IMG/VR virus record: IMGVR_UViG_3300025881_001848
DNA: 20,000 nucleotides
Origin: an uncultured virus (IMG/VR IMGVR_UViG_3300025881_001848)
Lineage: Duplodnaviria; Heunggongvirae; Uroviricota; Caudoviricetes
Strand: one strand, 5' to 3'
Shown: piece after piece, positions 1 to 8,318 of the stretch
How the letters are laid out: the number at the start of each line of letters is the position of its first letter
Numbering within the stretch: position 1 is the first letter of the stretch
Position numbers and translations under genes: made by a program
The notes under the pieces: model-generated
Told to the model about the DNA's origin: nothing
Databases searched by the model: none
What the model saw: the letters and a program-made list of their open reading frames with translations, nothing else

Positions 1-46
1 ATTAGTTTAGGTGATAGAATGAAAGTAATTAAACAAAGGAGGGTTT

Positions 47-394
47 ATGTCTAAGTCTACGTTAAGGATATTTGGTCTAGCATTATTAGTAAGTCTAGTC
101 TCGTTTTTACTAATGTATAGTTACCAACAACTGTCGCCGGAAAAAAGCACTGACATTGAGTTGAATTTACAGGCTTCAGTTATTTATGATTACACGAAAT
201 CCGCGAGAGAAAGTCGAGATTACGCGTATTCGCTATCAAAACTAAATTTGGATACATTAACATGCACGCTAATGGGCACGCAGGGCGTGTGCACAGTGAT
301 TGCGAAAAGCGGTGATATTTTTGTATGGAACACGGTAGATAATGTGTTTGTGCAGCATTTAACCAAAGATGCAATTGCCAACATTCCACTTTAA
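47..394 (+). CDS. Hypothetical bitopic membrane protein (N-terminal TM, C-x8-C motif); paralog of 649-963
   Basis: ORF with strong SD (AAGGGAGGG); hydrophobic N-terminus IFGLALLVSLVSFLLM; C-terminal CTLMGTQGVC. Confidence 0.8.
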   Translation: MSKSTLRIFGLALLVSLVSFLLMYSYQQLSPEKSTDIELNLQASVIYDYTKSARESRDYAYSLSKLNLDTLTCTLMGTQGVCTVIAKSGDIFVWNTVDNVFVQHLTKDAIANIPL

Positions 395-406
395 GGATAT
401 TTACAC

Positions 407-652
407 ATGCAGTTGACGTGGCAAAAACCAGTAGGGCAACTTGCACCAGGGACGGATGAGTTCCAAGCGTTGTCCGATACGCACTTACTTCAGGCCATTT
501 TTGTCTACGGGCATGGTTGGTCGGGTCGATATACTGAGTTGGGTACGTTTGAGGCGGTAAATTTTTCGCTAGACGCGGATCAAGAAATAGAGGCAATGCA
601 TCAGGTCGAAAAGGCTTATGATGCTGCCGTTGATGATAAGGCAAGCGCATGA
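407..652 (+). CDS. Hypothetical protein
   Basis: SD AAGGA; ATGA overlap with the next ORF. Confidence 0.75.
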   Translation: MQLTWQKPVGQLAPGTDEFQALSDTHLLQAIFVYGHGWSGRYTELGTFEAVNFSLDADQEIEAMHQVEKAYDAAVDDKASA

Positions 653-963
653 AACATAAATCACATAAATTGGGCACCATGATCATTCGAAAAGCCATCC
701 TCCCCATTGTGATAGCTATTCCTGTGTTGGTGGTTGTCATCGTAGTGTCTGTACCCCAAGTTATTAGCCTTAACACTAAAGCCAAAATGGTTAATATAGT
801 TGAGCAAAAACGCGTTACTGATCCCCTCTATTTGGGTAAGGTGAAGGCTATTGGGTGTGAAGGTAATTGGTATTCCCCTAGTTGCTTTATTATGAACAAG
901 CAAGGTGTTACATGGTGGTTTAATGATAAAGGTGATGGTTTCGAGAAAAGAGGGGAACAATAA
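649..963 (+). CDS. Hypothetical bitopic membrane protein (C-x8-C motif); paralog of 47-394
   Basis: TM segment AILPIVIAIPVLVVVIVVSV; CEGNWYSPSC; translationally coupled on both sides. Confidence 0.8.
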   Translation: MKHKSHKLGTMIIRKAILPIVIAIPVLVVVIVVSVPQVISLNTKAKMVNIVEQKRVTDPLYLGKVKAIGCEGNWYSPSCFIMNKQGVTWWFNDKGDGFEKRGEQ

Positions 964-1196
964 TGATGGATATGATTGCGTGGATAAGGCAGATACGCAG
1001 TGAACTTAAGTGCGGTGTCGTGCAATTTGAAGCCCTTCAAAACGCCGTAGAGATAACATTAGGTCGTTATGTTGACGGTGAGTTACATAGTATGGTCGAG
1101 CGCATACTGTTTGATGAGTTAGATGAAGCCGGTGATGTTTGTCTTGAACTTGTTGTTTCACAATTTAAAGCAAAATTTCCGCAGTTAAAATACTAA
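963..1196 (+). CDS. Hypothetical protein
   Basis: SD GAGGGG; TAATG overlap with the upstream stop. Confidence 0.75.
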   Translation: MMDMIAWIRQIRSELKCGVVQFEALQNAVEITLGRYVDGELHSMVERILFDELDEAGDVCLELVVSQFKAKFPQLKY

Positions 1197-1202
1197 AAAA
1201 GA

Positions 1203-1230
1203 TTGACAAATAATATCATTTTGATAAACT
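1203..1230 (+). promoter_or_regulatory. Sigma70 promoter P1 with embedded palindromic operator (1213-1227)
   Basis: TTGACA 1203-1208, 16-bp spacer, TG-a-TAAACT ending 1230; ATATCA-TTT-TGATAA. Confidence 0.85.
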
Positions 1231-1247
1231 GTGTGTATTGAAGAAAT

Positions 1248-1259
1248 CCACACACAAGG
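1248..1259 (+). promoter_or_regulatory. CA-rich leader box fused to SD (CCACACACAAGG)
   Basis: Lies between P1 and ATG 1268; 1249-1258 is the exact reverse complement of CTTGTGTGTG at 18836 and 18898. Confidence 0.75.
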
Positions 1260-1267
1260 CGAATATT

Positions 1268-1687
1268 ATGTCAGTAGCTAAAACACTCATTAATTTAAAC
1301 GGTCAGCGCGTGACTAAGCGAGTTACGGGTATTCATACCGTAGAAACGTTGGACGCATTCCGCGAAGAACTCAAAGCCAATCTTGCACTAAACGAAGCAC
1401 ATTTAGCTCAAAAGGGTTTAAGTGCTGACGATTTAAAAGAGGAAGACACTAAGTTCACATTAGGTCAGTACTTCTGGTTTAAGCCAAAGTTAAAGGCTGA
1501 AGAAACGGGTGTGCTGCATGTGCGCTCAAAAGATTACTTCTTTGTGCCCGATGGCACTGAAAGTAAAGTGTATGGTGACAAGAAAGGTTTCGCTTATTCC
1601 ATAGATCTTACTAAAGTAGAAAAACCACTATTACAAGATGTTAAAGCTAATAAAGGCGCGTTAGTGTCTTTTGAGCTAGTCGCGTAG
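1268..1687 (+). CDS. Hypothetical protein (start moved from TTG 1238 to ATG 1268)
   Basis: AAGG SD 8 nt upstream of ATG 1268, downstream of P1. Confidence 0.8.
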   Translation: MSVAKTLINLNGQRVTKRVTGIHTVETLDAFREELKANLALNEAHLAQKGLSADDLKEEDTKFTLGQYFWFKPKLKAEETGVLHVRSKDYFFVPDGTESKVYGDKKGFAYSIDLTKVEKPLLQDVKANKGALVSFELVA

Positions 1688-1727
1688 ATTTATGACATCC
1701 TCCTATTCTCATATACAAGGCAGACTT

Positions 1728-2225
1728 ATGTTAACGACATTAAATAAACTCAATCAGGCGCTTATCATACAAATGACGGCACAAATTATTAATAATGATT
1801 TAGTGCTAGATGATCAAATAGTATCCGCACGGGCATGCATTGAAGCTGTTTGTAAGGGGAAGATACGACTATGTTTGGATGATGATCATACTCGCTCGGC
1901 GCAAGATTTAGCAGACGACTGTGATGCATTTTCCCCTGAAGCTAACCCCAGTGTACCTCGTAAAACGATATTAAAAGAACGCGCTGCATTTATCGCTAAG
2001 GTGAGCCGCCAAGGTATTAAGGTGTCCACAATGGAATATTGGACGGGCAGAGACTGGGAAGGTCTGTTGGGTATTGAGAATAATGCCATCGGTGGTTTTG
2101 TTGGCGAAGATATAATGGGTTCAGGCTATGAGCTGCAATTAATGCAGTCGGCATTAATCGCCTACAACAAACAATCATTAGATGAGCATGGCACCGTCAT
2201 AGATCCTTACTTAAGTGTCGCTTAA
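1728..2225 (+). CDS. Hypothetical protein of a phage/plasmid-type family (EYW-G--W...GFVG-D--GSGYE)
   Basis: ORF 1692-2225; the ACAAGG SD favours ATG 1728; motif resemblance recalled, function unknown. Confidence 0.75.
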   Translation: MLTTLNKLNQALIIQMTAQIINNDLVLDDQIVSARACIEAVCKGKIRLCLDDDHTRSAQDLADDCDAFSPEANPSVPRKTILKERAAFIAKVSRQGIKVSTMEYWTGRDWEGLLGIENNAIGGFVGEDIMGSGYELQLMQSALIAYNKQSLDEHGTVIDPYLSVA

Positions 2226-2298
2226 CACGGCACATGAGATCAGAGTAAATATGTGGCTATTTGTGATAGGTTTAGTTAAGCCTAAAAGGATTTTGCCG

Positions 2299-2503
2299 AT
2301 AACATTCTTGTGAGTGTTATTCACAAAAGCAGGCAGTTTGTTAGCAGGTCTTTAATGCGCTTTGTAAATGGATATAACGACCGCTGGTGGGTAGCCATAA
2401 AACCAATTTTTTAACAGGTAACTGAGAAAAGCGTTGTAACGCGAGAAGCGCCCTATGGGTAACGTGCTCGGTCAGTGTGGTAACAAAACAGTTGCCGGTT
2501 AAA
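2299..2503 (+). ncRNA. Candidate structured RNA or leader in a 305-nt intergenic gap
   Basis: 9-bp hairpin 2299-2320; closing stem TTTAAC-A-GGTAACTG (2410-2424) / CAGTTGCC-G-GTTAAA (2489-2503) enclosing two smaller hairpins. Confidence 0.35.
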
Positions 2504-2530
2504 TAATTTCAAATTCGATGTATTTCAAAA

Positions 2531-3295
2531 ATGGGAAAAAGCATGGCGCAAGTTACTAAAATTTTACAAAACTCCCCCGTTAACCCTGAGTCTTTTGAGT
2601 CACGTGTTGATGTATGGGCGAACTATTTTCATGCCAAAAGCGTGCTAAAGAGCAAGCATCATTTAACTGCTTTTTTTATTGATAGCGCCATTCATTTAGT
2701 AAAGGATAATGGGTGCACGCAAAAGGATGCGCGGCTGCTTGTGGATTATGTTTTCAGCCGTCCTACTGGCGACACTTACCAAGAAATTGGCGGCGTCATG
2801 GTCACATTGGCCTGTTTGTGTAGCGCATCGGGTATCAATATGCACGATGACGGCGAAGCAGAATTATCAAGCATATGTACCAATCCAATTATGCGCCCGA
2901 TGGCGGTGATTGATATTACTGAGCAAGATACCTTTCAATCCCGTGTCGTGCCATGGTTAAAACACTGTTTTGGAGAGGAAATAGCGGCCGATAGAGTAGA
3001 GCGAAATCATCGTTTTTTGGAAGAGTCATTGGAGTTAGTACAAGCTGAAGGTGTCACCGCTGAGCAAGCGCATTACTGGGTGGCAGAGGCTTATAAGAAA
3101 GAAGCTTTATCACCACAACCGGCCTTAAGCGTTGGCAATGTCATGGTGAATTTAGCGGTTCTATGTCGCTCCCTGGGGTTGTGCATGCATGAGAATGCGG
3201 ATATTGAGCTTGCTCGTATTTGGACGAAGGTTGAGAAAATTCGTCACAAGCAAAAGACCAAACCTAAGCATTCACCCTTGCCGATGGCGCAGTAA
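2531..3295 (+). CDS. Internally duplicated all-alpha NTP pyrophosphatase (MazG-like) family protein
   Basis: Motifs ERNHRFLEESLELVQA and VFSRPTGDTYQEIGGVMVTL; two homologous halves of about 95 aa; start may be ATG 2543. Confidence 0.6.
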   Translation: MGKSMAQVTKILQNSPVNPESFESRVDVWANYFHAKSVLKSKHHLTAFFIDSAIHLVKDNGCTQKDARLLVDYVFSRPTGDTYQEIGGVMVTLACLCSASGINMHDDGEAELSSICTNPIMRPMAVIDITEQDTFQSRVVPWLKHCFGEEIAADRVERNHRFLEESLELVQAEGVTAEQAHYWVAEAYKKEALSPQPALSVGNVMVNLAVLCRSLGLCMHENADIELARIWTKVEKIRHKQKTKPKHSPLPMAQ

Positions 3296-3296
3296 A

Positions 3297-3602
3297 ATGA
3301 GTCAGCTCAAGGAGGGGGTTTATGAACATCATAGCGGTGCCCGTTATCATGTAGTGTGCACAGGTACGCATTTGCTAGATGGAAATGAGCCTGAGTGTGT
3401 CGTTTATCGAGATTTAAAAACAGGGGTTTACTGGTCAAGGCCGGTGGTTGATTTTGCTATGCCGTGGGTGGGCGAGCCACCTATTGTGAGGCGGTCGAAT
3501 AATTCAGTTAAGACGAACGTAGAAGCGACAAAGCCTAATTATCCGGTGCGCACATTCTGGCAAAAGGAAAGTGGGTGGTTTTGGCTCGAAGAACCTCAGT
3601 AA
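3297..3602 (+). CDS. DUF1653-like protein
   Basis: GVYEHHSGARYHVV...CVVYRDL...WSRP pattern; start moved to ATG 3297, just after the upstream stop. Confidence 0.7.
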   Translation: MSQLKEGVYEHHSGARYHVVCTGTHLLDGNEPECVVYRDLKTGVYWSRPVVDFAMPWVGEPPIVRRSNNSVKTNVEATKPNYPVRTFWQKESGWFWLEEPQ

Positions 3603-3623
3603 AATTAACATTAATAAGATGAT

Positions 3624-3652
3624 AAAAAGGCGCTGTTAAATAGCGCCTTTTT
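3624..3652. terminator. Bidirectional intrinsic terminator
   Basis: AAAAAGGCGCTG-TTAAA-TAGCGCCTTTTT between convergent genes. Confidence 0.85.
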
Positions 3653-3678
3653 GGTTTTCGTGACAATTTAACACACTG

Positions 3679-4206
3679 TTATTTTTCTACCCACACATTC
3701 GCGCCTTGAACGATGGCATTGCTAAACTGAATGCCTTGGATAGACTCACCAGTATCTTTATAGTAGAAAAACGGCTTATCTTCATTAAAAGGGTTGTAGG
3801 TGACGGCTCGCATACCGCTTAACTCAGTAATATGCGCGTCAAACGCATCGACCAGTGTGGCTCTTACATGCGCGTGTACGTTGCGCACTTGGTCGGATAA
3901 TACTCTTAATCTGCCCGTACCCACAAAGAACGCTGCATCTTTAAGCGCATAACATTTTGCATAACCGGCCACGAGGTTTTTGAACTCCCCCGATTTTGCT
4001 TTTGCAGAGAAGAACTCAGGTTTATTTAAGTTGCGATACACATCGACCTTTTCCCCGACTGTTAAGTGCCGCTTAAACGCTTGTCCTTTGTTTTTAATCA
4101 CTGAGTGCATGCGATTGTTCTGCATAACACTGTTAACGCCTTGGTGACGTTGTTTGGTACTAATAGGTTCGAGTTGTGTGTCGAACATTGATAGTTGCTG
4201 TTGCAT
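3679..4206 (-). CDS. Conserved phage-type hypothetical protein (VYRNL...NVHA...TYNP family) with N-terminal QLSMF
   Basis: SD GAGGAG upstream of ATG at 4206; motifs VYRNLNK, RNVHAHV, VTYNPF. Confidence 0.75.
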   Translation of the reverse strand: MQQQLSMFDTQLEPISTKQRHQGVNSVMQNNRMHSVIKNKGQAFKRHLTVGEKVDVYRNLNKPEFFSAKAKSGEFKNLVAGYAKCYALKDAAFFVGTGRLRVLSDQVRNVHAHVRATLVDAFDAHITELSGMRAVTYNPFNEDKPFFYYKDTGESIQGIQFSNAIVQGANVWVEK

Positions 4207-4290
4207 AATTGTCTCCTCGTGCGTACCAATATAGTACATTAAAAAGTAAAAATGTCCAGCTAAAAACACCGATTCTAAAAAATTAAATGA

Positions 4291-4318
4291 TTGACAAAGT
4301 AGGGTTTAATGATAAAGT
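4291..4318 (+). promoter_or_regulatory. Sigma70 promoter P2 (operator half-site only)
   Basis: TTGACA 4291-4296, 16 bp, TG-a-TAAAGT 4313-4318. Confidence 0.8.
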
Positions 4319-4345
4319 AAGCTTATATTTATGATGGGGGAATGT

Positions 4346-4738
4346 ATGAACGAACAATTACAAAAAGCGGTTGCAACGTCGATAGAAAAAGAAGGTGTAG
4401 CAGAAACGGCGATGTCACTGTGTAGTATGTTATCTGCAATTGCCGAGACACATGGCGACATTACTCACGCCGATACTAAAGGAACGGTGACGGTGAAAGC
4501 CAGTGTACCGAATAACCCAAAACGAGCGGTCAGCAAAGATTCTGTTGTCGCAGCGGCACATTATCATTTAGCGATTGTGCAACGATACCGTGAATATTTC
4601 ACAACTGCTTGTACGAGTATCAAAAATGAAACAGTGACACACTCGGAACTTGACGCCTTGACAATACCGGCGAATAACATGATTTCACAACTGGAAGAAA
4701 TGTTGCAAGCCATCACAAGGAAAAAGAAAATAGATTGA
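4346..4738 (+). CDS. Hypothetical protein
   Basis: SD GGGGGA before ATG 4346; downstream of P2. Confidence 0.75.
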   Translation: MNEQLQKAVATSIEKEGVAETAMSLCSMLSAIAETHGDITHADTKGTVTVKASVPNNPKRAVSKDSVVAAAHYHLAIVQRYREYFTTACTSIKNETVTHSELDALTIPANNMISQLEEMLQAITRKKKID

Positions 4739-4763
4739 CAAGATTATCATAATGAACTATACT
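4735..4763 (+). promoter_or_regulatory. Sigma70 promoter P3 with the operator in inverted orientation (4744-4758)
   Basis: TTGACA 4735-4740, 17 bp, TATACT 4758-4763; TTATCA-TAA-TGAACT; followed by ACACACAACCGAGG leader box 4781-4794. Confidence 0.8.
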
Positions 4764-4799
4764 TACCTTAGTTAATTGAAACACACAACCGAGGTGATT

Positions 4800-5240
4800 A
4801 TGAAATATTTAGTGCTAGCATTTATTGTAATAGGGGCTATTTCAGCCGCCGCCATTTCACAGAAAAAAGATAGCTTGAGTGACCGTATTACGCAAAACTT
4901 TGTAAAAATATATGCGCCAGCTGTCGAAGCCCAAGCCTTTGCAACCATCAATTCAGTAGATCCCTCTATGCGCGTCAGCGTAAGTGCCGATGATATGATG
5001 AGTGACTTATCTAGCTATGCCTATGGTGATAGTGTTAAGCGCCCCTTGTTAATGTCAGATGTTAGTGTTGAGGGGACTATATACGGTATGCAAGGGAACT
5101 GGATGTCAATTATCAGTTTAAAGTGCGAGAAAGGTCGGAATTACTTGTCTGAGCAACTTTATAGTCATAGGGTGTCGGGGTTTCGCTACTCAACCTCTGA
5201 CAAATGGGTGGAAAACGCAAAAACAATGTGCGGTATATAA
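4800..5240 (+). CDS. Hypothetical exported or membrane-anchored protein
   Basis: SD GAGGTG; MKYLVLAFIVIGAISAAA signal-like N-terminus. Confidence 0.8.
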   Translation: MKYLVLAFIVIGAISAAAISQKKDSLSDRITQNFVKIYAPAVEAQAFATINSVDPSMRVSVSADDMMSDLSSYAYGDSVKRPLLMSDVSVEGTIYGMQGNWMSIISLKCEKGRNYLSEQLYSHRVSGFRYSTSDKWVENAKTMCGI

Positions 5241-5349
5241 CCGCCATCCCCTGCTGTATTTTTTACGCAGGGTGATAACTATTTAAAATTCCCTGTTATG
5301 TTTAATGTATTGAAAGATGCATTTCCCCTTATTGTAATTGAGAAACTAT

Positions 5350-5898
5350 ATGACTACACAAAAGACCAGATATGTGACGGTGGTAATTGCCATCAGTGAT
5401 AATGATAAAATAGCTCCGCTGATGACACAATTAAGTGATTCCATGTCAGATGGCGATTTGAAGGCTGATGGCTTTCAGGTGGTGGGCATGTCTCGCGGTG
5501 ATGAAATGAACCGCTTAGAACTAGTTGAAGAAGCGGTTGAACGCAATGATATGGACACTGTCAGGAAAGTAATCAACGCGAATGAGGTGTGTGGTGAAAG
5601 CCAGTTCGATGTTGTGGTACGCGTAACCTTTACCCTGCCGACTAGCGAAGTGGAAGATTGGGAAGGACGCTGCCCTAAATGGGAAATTTCAGATTGCAGC
5701 AATCAGGATGGTACGTCCACAGCACGCATGGATAGAGTGTGCAGGATTGGCGCTTATACACGAGAACAAGCGTCTAAAAGAGCGCTTGACTATGTAGAGG
5801 TTGATGGACCTTCATTGGGTACGAATATTACTGCCGAAAATATCCAGTATTGGGTGGATTCAGACAATGACGACGACATTATATTGGTCGAAGTATGA
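5350..5898 (+). CDS. Acidic hypothetical protein
   Basis: ORF 5338-5898; ATG 5350 preferred; ATGA-coupled to the next ORF. Confidence 0.75.
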   Translation: MTTQKTRYVTVVIAISDNDKIAPLMTQLSDSMSDGDLKADGFQVVGMSRGDEMNRLELVEEAVERNDMDTVRKVINANEVCGESQFDVVVRVTFTLPTSEVEDWEGRCPKWEISDCSNQDGTSTARMDRVCRIGAYTREQASKRALDYVEVDGPSLGTNITAENIQYWVDSDNDDDIILVEV

Positions 5899-6053
5899 AG
5901 ATCTACACCGTTCTTGGGATAATTGCCCTCGTGGCTTTATTATTTATTGTAAACAGCATCAAAGTGCTTATTAGTATGCTGCCAATTTTGGTGCTGGTAA
6001 TTGCGGCATTTTATGGTTTTCGATGGCTTAAAGGGAAAAAGGGATCGCCATGA
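5895..6053 (+). CDS. Small two-TM membrane protein, 52 aa (not in the ORF track)
   Basis: MKIYTVLGIIALVALLFIVNSIKVLISMLPILVLVIAAFYGFRWLKGKKGSP; ATGA overlaps at both ends fill the gap exactly. Confidence 0.75.
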   Translation: MKIYTVLGIIALVALLFIVNSIKVLISMLPILVLVIAAFYGFRWLKGKKGSP

Positions 6054-6535
6054 TAGAAAAGTATAACGGAGAATTGGATAAAGTTGATCCTGTCGCGCTG
6101 GGTGTTAACCTTCGTACAGAGGATAAAAGCTATTGTGACCGCGAACACGATCCTACCGATAATTTTTATGGTGCAGACGATGAAGCTGAGAAATTTTTAC
6201 ATCAATTTTTTAAAGATATAGAAAAAGGTTGGCGACGTGAAGATAGGCGTTTGGCTAAAATAAAGTACCTAAAGCAATTACCTGCATTTCAACAAAGCTT
6301 ACCCAAATTAGGTGAGCTTGTGTTTATCGAGTTTCCTAGTAACAAAGGCCGTTGTTTCCCCTGTGTGGTTGAGTATATTCCGCCAGAGCGAGACAAGGTG
6401 CTCGTGCGATTAACGGATGGTGACGCCAGTTATGGCCAAAGCAATTTGCGCTTAGAAGGGTATGACTACCCTGGCGAGTTTATTAAATTACACCGAGAAG
6501 CGCCTGAAGGGCATAAAGTAGGATCAGAGCGTTGA
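6050..6535 (+). CDS. Hypothetical protein
   Basis: SD AGGGA; coupled within the operon. Confidence 0.75.
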   Translation: MIEKYNGELDKVDPVALGVNLRTEDKSYCDREHDPTDNFYGADDEAEKFLHQFFKDIEKGWRREDRRLAKIKYLKQLPAFQQSLPKLGELVFIEFPSNKGRCFPCVVEYIPPERDKVLVRLTDGDASYGQSNLRLEGYDYPGEFIKLHREAPEGHKVGSER

Positions 6536-6828
6536 ATTTAAGCACGCTAAAACCTCTTTGTGAGCGATGTTTGCTATTGTCAAAGCAGTTGACAGATCCA
6601 GATAAAATTAAGCGTGTAGAAGGGCTTATAGACACCTTGCTTGCTAATGTAGATTGGCCAGATTTAAAAATTGGTGTATGGCTGGGATCTGCTGAGACTA
6701 TATTGATTGAAAACGGAGTGAGCAGCTATGAGGCAGAGCGAGATTTCTCTAGGCCGATTAAGCATGCTTATTTCACTTCTATTGGTGAGCCGATACCGGC
6801 CACTACAAATGTAATGGAAAATGAATGA
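6532..6828 (+). CDS. Hypothetical protein
   Basis: TTG start overlapping the upstream stop; SD AGGA. Confidence 0.7.
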   Translation: MNLSTLKPLCERCLLLSKQLTDPDKIKRVEGLIDTLLANVDWPDLKIGVWLGSAETILIENGVSSYEAERDFSRPIKHAYFTSIGEPIPATTNVMENE

Positions 6829-7517
6829 CTGATTTTCAGCACAAGGTGCGGCCGATTATATTAAATGCCGACATGGTGAATGCCTTATTGTCAGGTAAAA
6901 AGACAGTGACCCGTCTGCCAATCAAGGGAGATGTCCAGTTTTCTGAGCGAAGCGGGTTTAGCGTCGTGAACAAACTCGGTGTGCGAATGTCATGTGGTTT
7001 GGGTTTTACGCCACAAGAAACGCAACAGAATTTTATTAATGGCCGGTGCCCAATTGCCGTGGGCGATTTGTTGTGGGTGCGTGAGACATTTAAAATGAAG
7101 TTAAACAACTACAATGATTTAAAAGGCGAATATTGCGCTGAGTATGCTGCTGATGGTGGTTGTCGCTTGATGGATGCAAATATTGATAATAACGACCACC
7201 TTGCTTATGCTGTTTTGAAAGATACGTGGACGCCATCAATACACATGCCTAAGTATGCTAATAGATTAGTGCTGAAGGTGAAGCGAATTAGTGTTGAGAG
7301 AGTGCAATCAATTACCGATAAACAAGCGGTGGCTGAAGGTATGCCTAGTGCTGAGGAAGCGCAAGCCATGGCGATAGATGCGAATATGACGTGGTATCAA
7401 AAGCCGAAGGTGTGGTATAAGTCACTATGGGAAAAGTTATATGGCACGTGGGATGATGACCCTTATGTGTGGTGCATTGAGTTTGATGTGATTGACAAGA
7501 ATATTGAGGAAGTTTAA
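6825..7517 (+). CDS. ASCH/PUA-like domain phage-type protein
   Basis: RPII...MV-A-L-G-KT-TR, GD-LWVRET, W-PSIHMP, VER-Q-I----A-AEG, P-VW-IEF motifs. Confidence 0.75.
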   Translation: MTDFQHKVRPIILNADMVNALLSGKKTVTRLPIKGDVQFSERSGFSVVNKLGVRMSCGLGFTPQETQQNFINGRCPIAVGDLLWVRETFKMKLNNYNDLKGEYCAEYAADGGCRLMDANIDNNDHLAYAVLKDTWTPSIHMPKYANRLVLKVKRISVERVQSITDKQAVAEGMPSAEEAQAMAIDANMTWYQKPKVWYKSLWEKLYGTWDDDPYVWCIEFDVIDKNIEEV

Positions 7518-7541
7518 ATTGCCTCAATACACGGCTATTAA

Positions 7542-7561
7542 GCGAGTGGCTGCCCACTCGC
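7542..7561. terminator. Hairpin between convergent genes
   Basis: GCGAGTGG-CTGC-CCACTCGC; weak U-tracts. Confidence 0.5.
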
Positions 7562-7574
7562 ATTGTTTATCTAG

Positions 7575-8177
7575 TTAATATTCTTCGTGTTCTGGGTACA
7601 TAAACCCTTGATACTCACAACTTCCGCTTTTACCTTCATGCTCGTATTTGGCGACAGGGTTAAATGACAGTTTTATGTGGTGAGTGATCGTCATAAGATC
7701 GCTTATCTTTAACGTATTTATTCCTAGCAGTTCTGTTATATCGCGGATATCATTAATCGATTTACCGTCAAAAAATGAGACTGGTTCTGCGTAAGTTTTA
7801 ACGACTTTTACTTTTATTTTTCCGAACTTTTCAGTCAGCAAGGTTTTGATGTGCTCAACTAACACGAAAGATACATCGTAAAATACAAAGTTTTTGCCAA
7901 GTTGGTATATTTTAAAACTATCTGAGTCGAGGTAAACACCGGCCACTCTAATGTCTTCTGGGTCGGAATATTTGGGAATAGGGATGTTTTGTCGAGCTAA
8001 CCAGTTATAGACATCTACGCCACCAAAAACGCCATACCCTCCATAATTTTCTTCTTCGAGGTTGGGTTGTCCATCTGGCATTAAAAAGAACACTTTTTTG
8101 CCCGTATTTTCATGCTCTGCAAATTCGCAAGGGATTGATTCGTCGGTGTCGCATGTGGTAAAGCTAAATAAACCCAT
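7575..8177 (-). CDS. Conserved phage-type hypothetical protein (MG-FS-T-DT...YGGYGVFGG-D family)
   Basis: SD GGAG preceded by CACACACC; own promoter P4. Confidence 0.8.
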   Translation of the reverse strand: MGLFSFTTCDTDESIPCEFAEHENTGKKVFFLMPDGQPNLEEENYGGYGVFGGVDVYNWLARQNIPIPKYSDPEDIRVAGVYLDSDSFKIYQLGKNFVFYDVSFVLVEHIKTLLTEKFGKIKVKVVKTYAEPVSFFDGKSINDIRDITELLGINTLKISDLMTITHHIKLSFNPVAKYEHEGKSGSCEYQGFMYPEHEEY

Positions 8178-8210
8178 AGTGGTCTCCGGTGTGTGATGTA
8201 GTGAGTAATA

Positions 8211-8238
8211 ATATTATCATAATGAATTAATATGTCAA
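8211..8238 (-). promoter_or_regulatory. Sigma70 promoter P4 with operator (8214-8228) and CACACACCGGAG leader (8184-8195)
   Basis: Minus strand: TTGACA, 16 bp, TG-a-TAATAT; a second operator-like site at 8272-8286 precedes the divergent gene. Confidence 0.85.
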
Positions 8239-8318
8239 TCATTTTATCTTTATAAATAACATTGGGTATTGCTGTCATTGTGATAAGTTTTGCTTAATGG
8301 TATATAACAAGGAATCCC

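Noticed and set aside
1230..1256. Cis hairpin TGTGTG...CACACA in the P1 leader
   Set aside because: TGTGTG lies between the -10 and the expected start site, so it is mostly not in the P1 transcript. It is not seen at the other promoters.
2410..2503. Hammerhead, group II intron domain V or c-di-GMP riboswitch assignment
   Set aside because: The required consensus cores (CUGAnGA/GAAA, the AGC triad hairpin, GGCAAAC...GACGCAAAG) are not present. Kept only as an unassigned structure.
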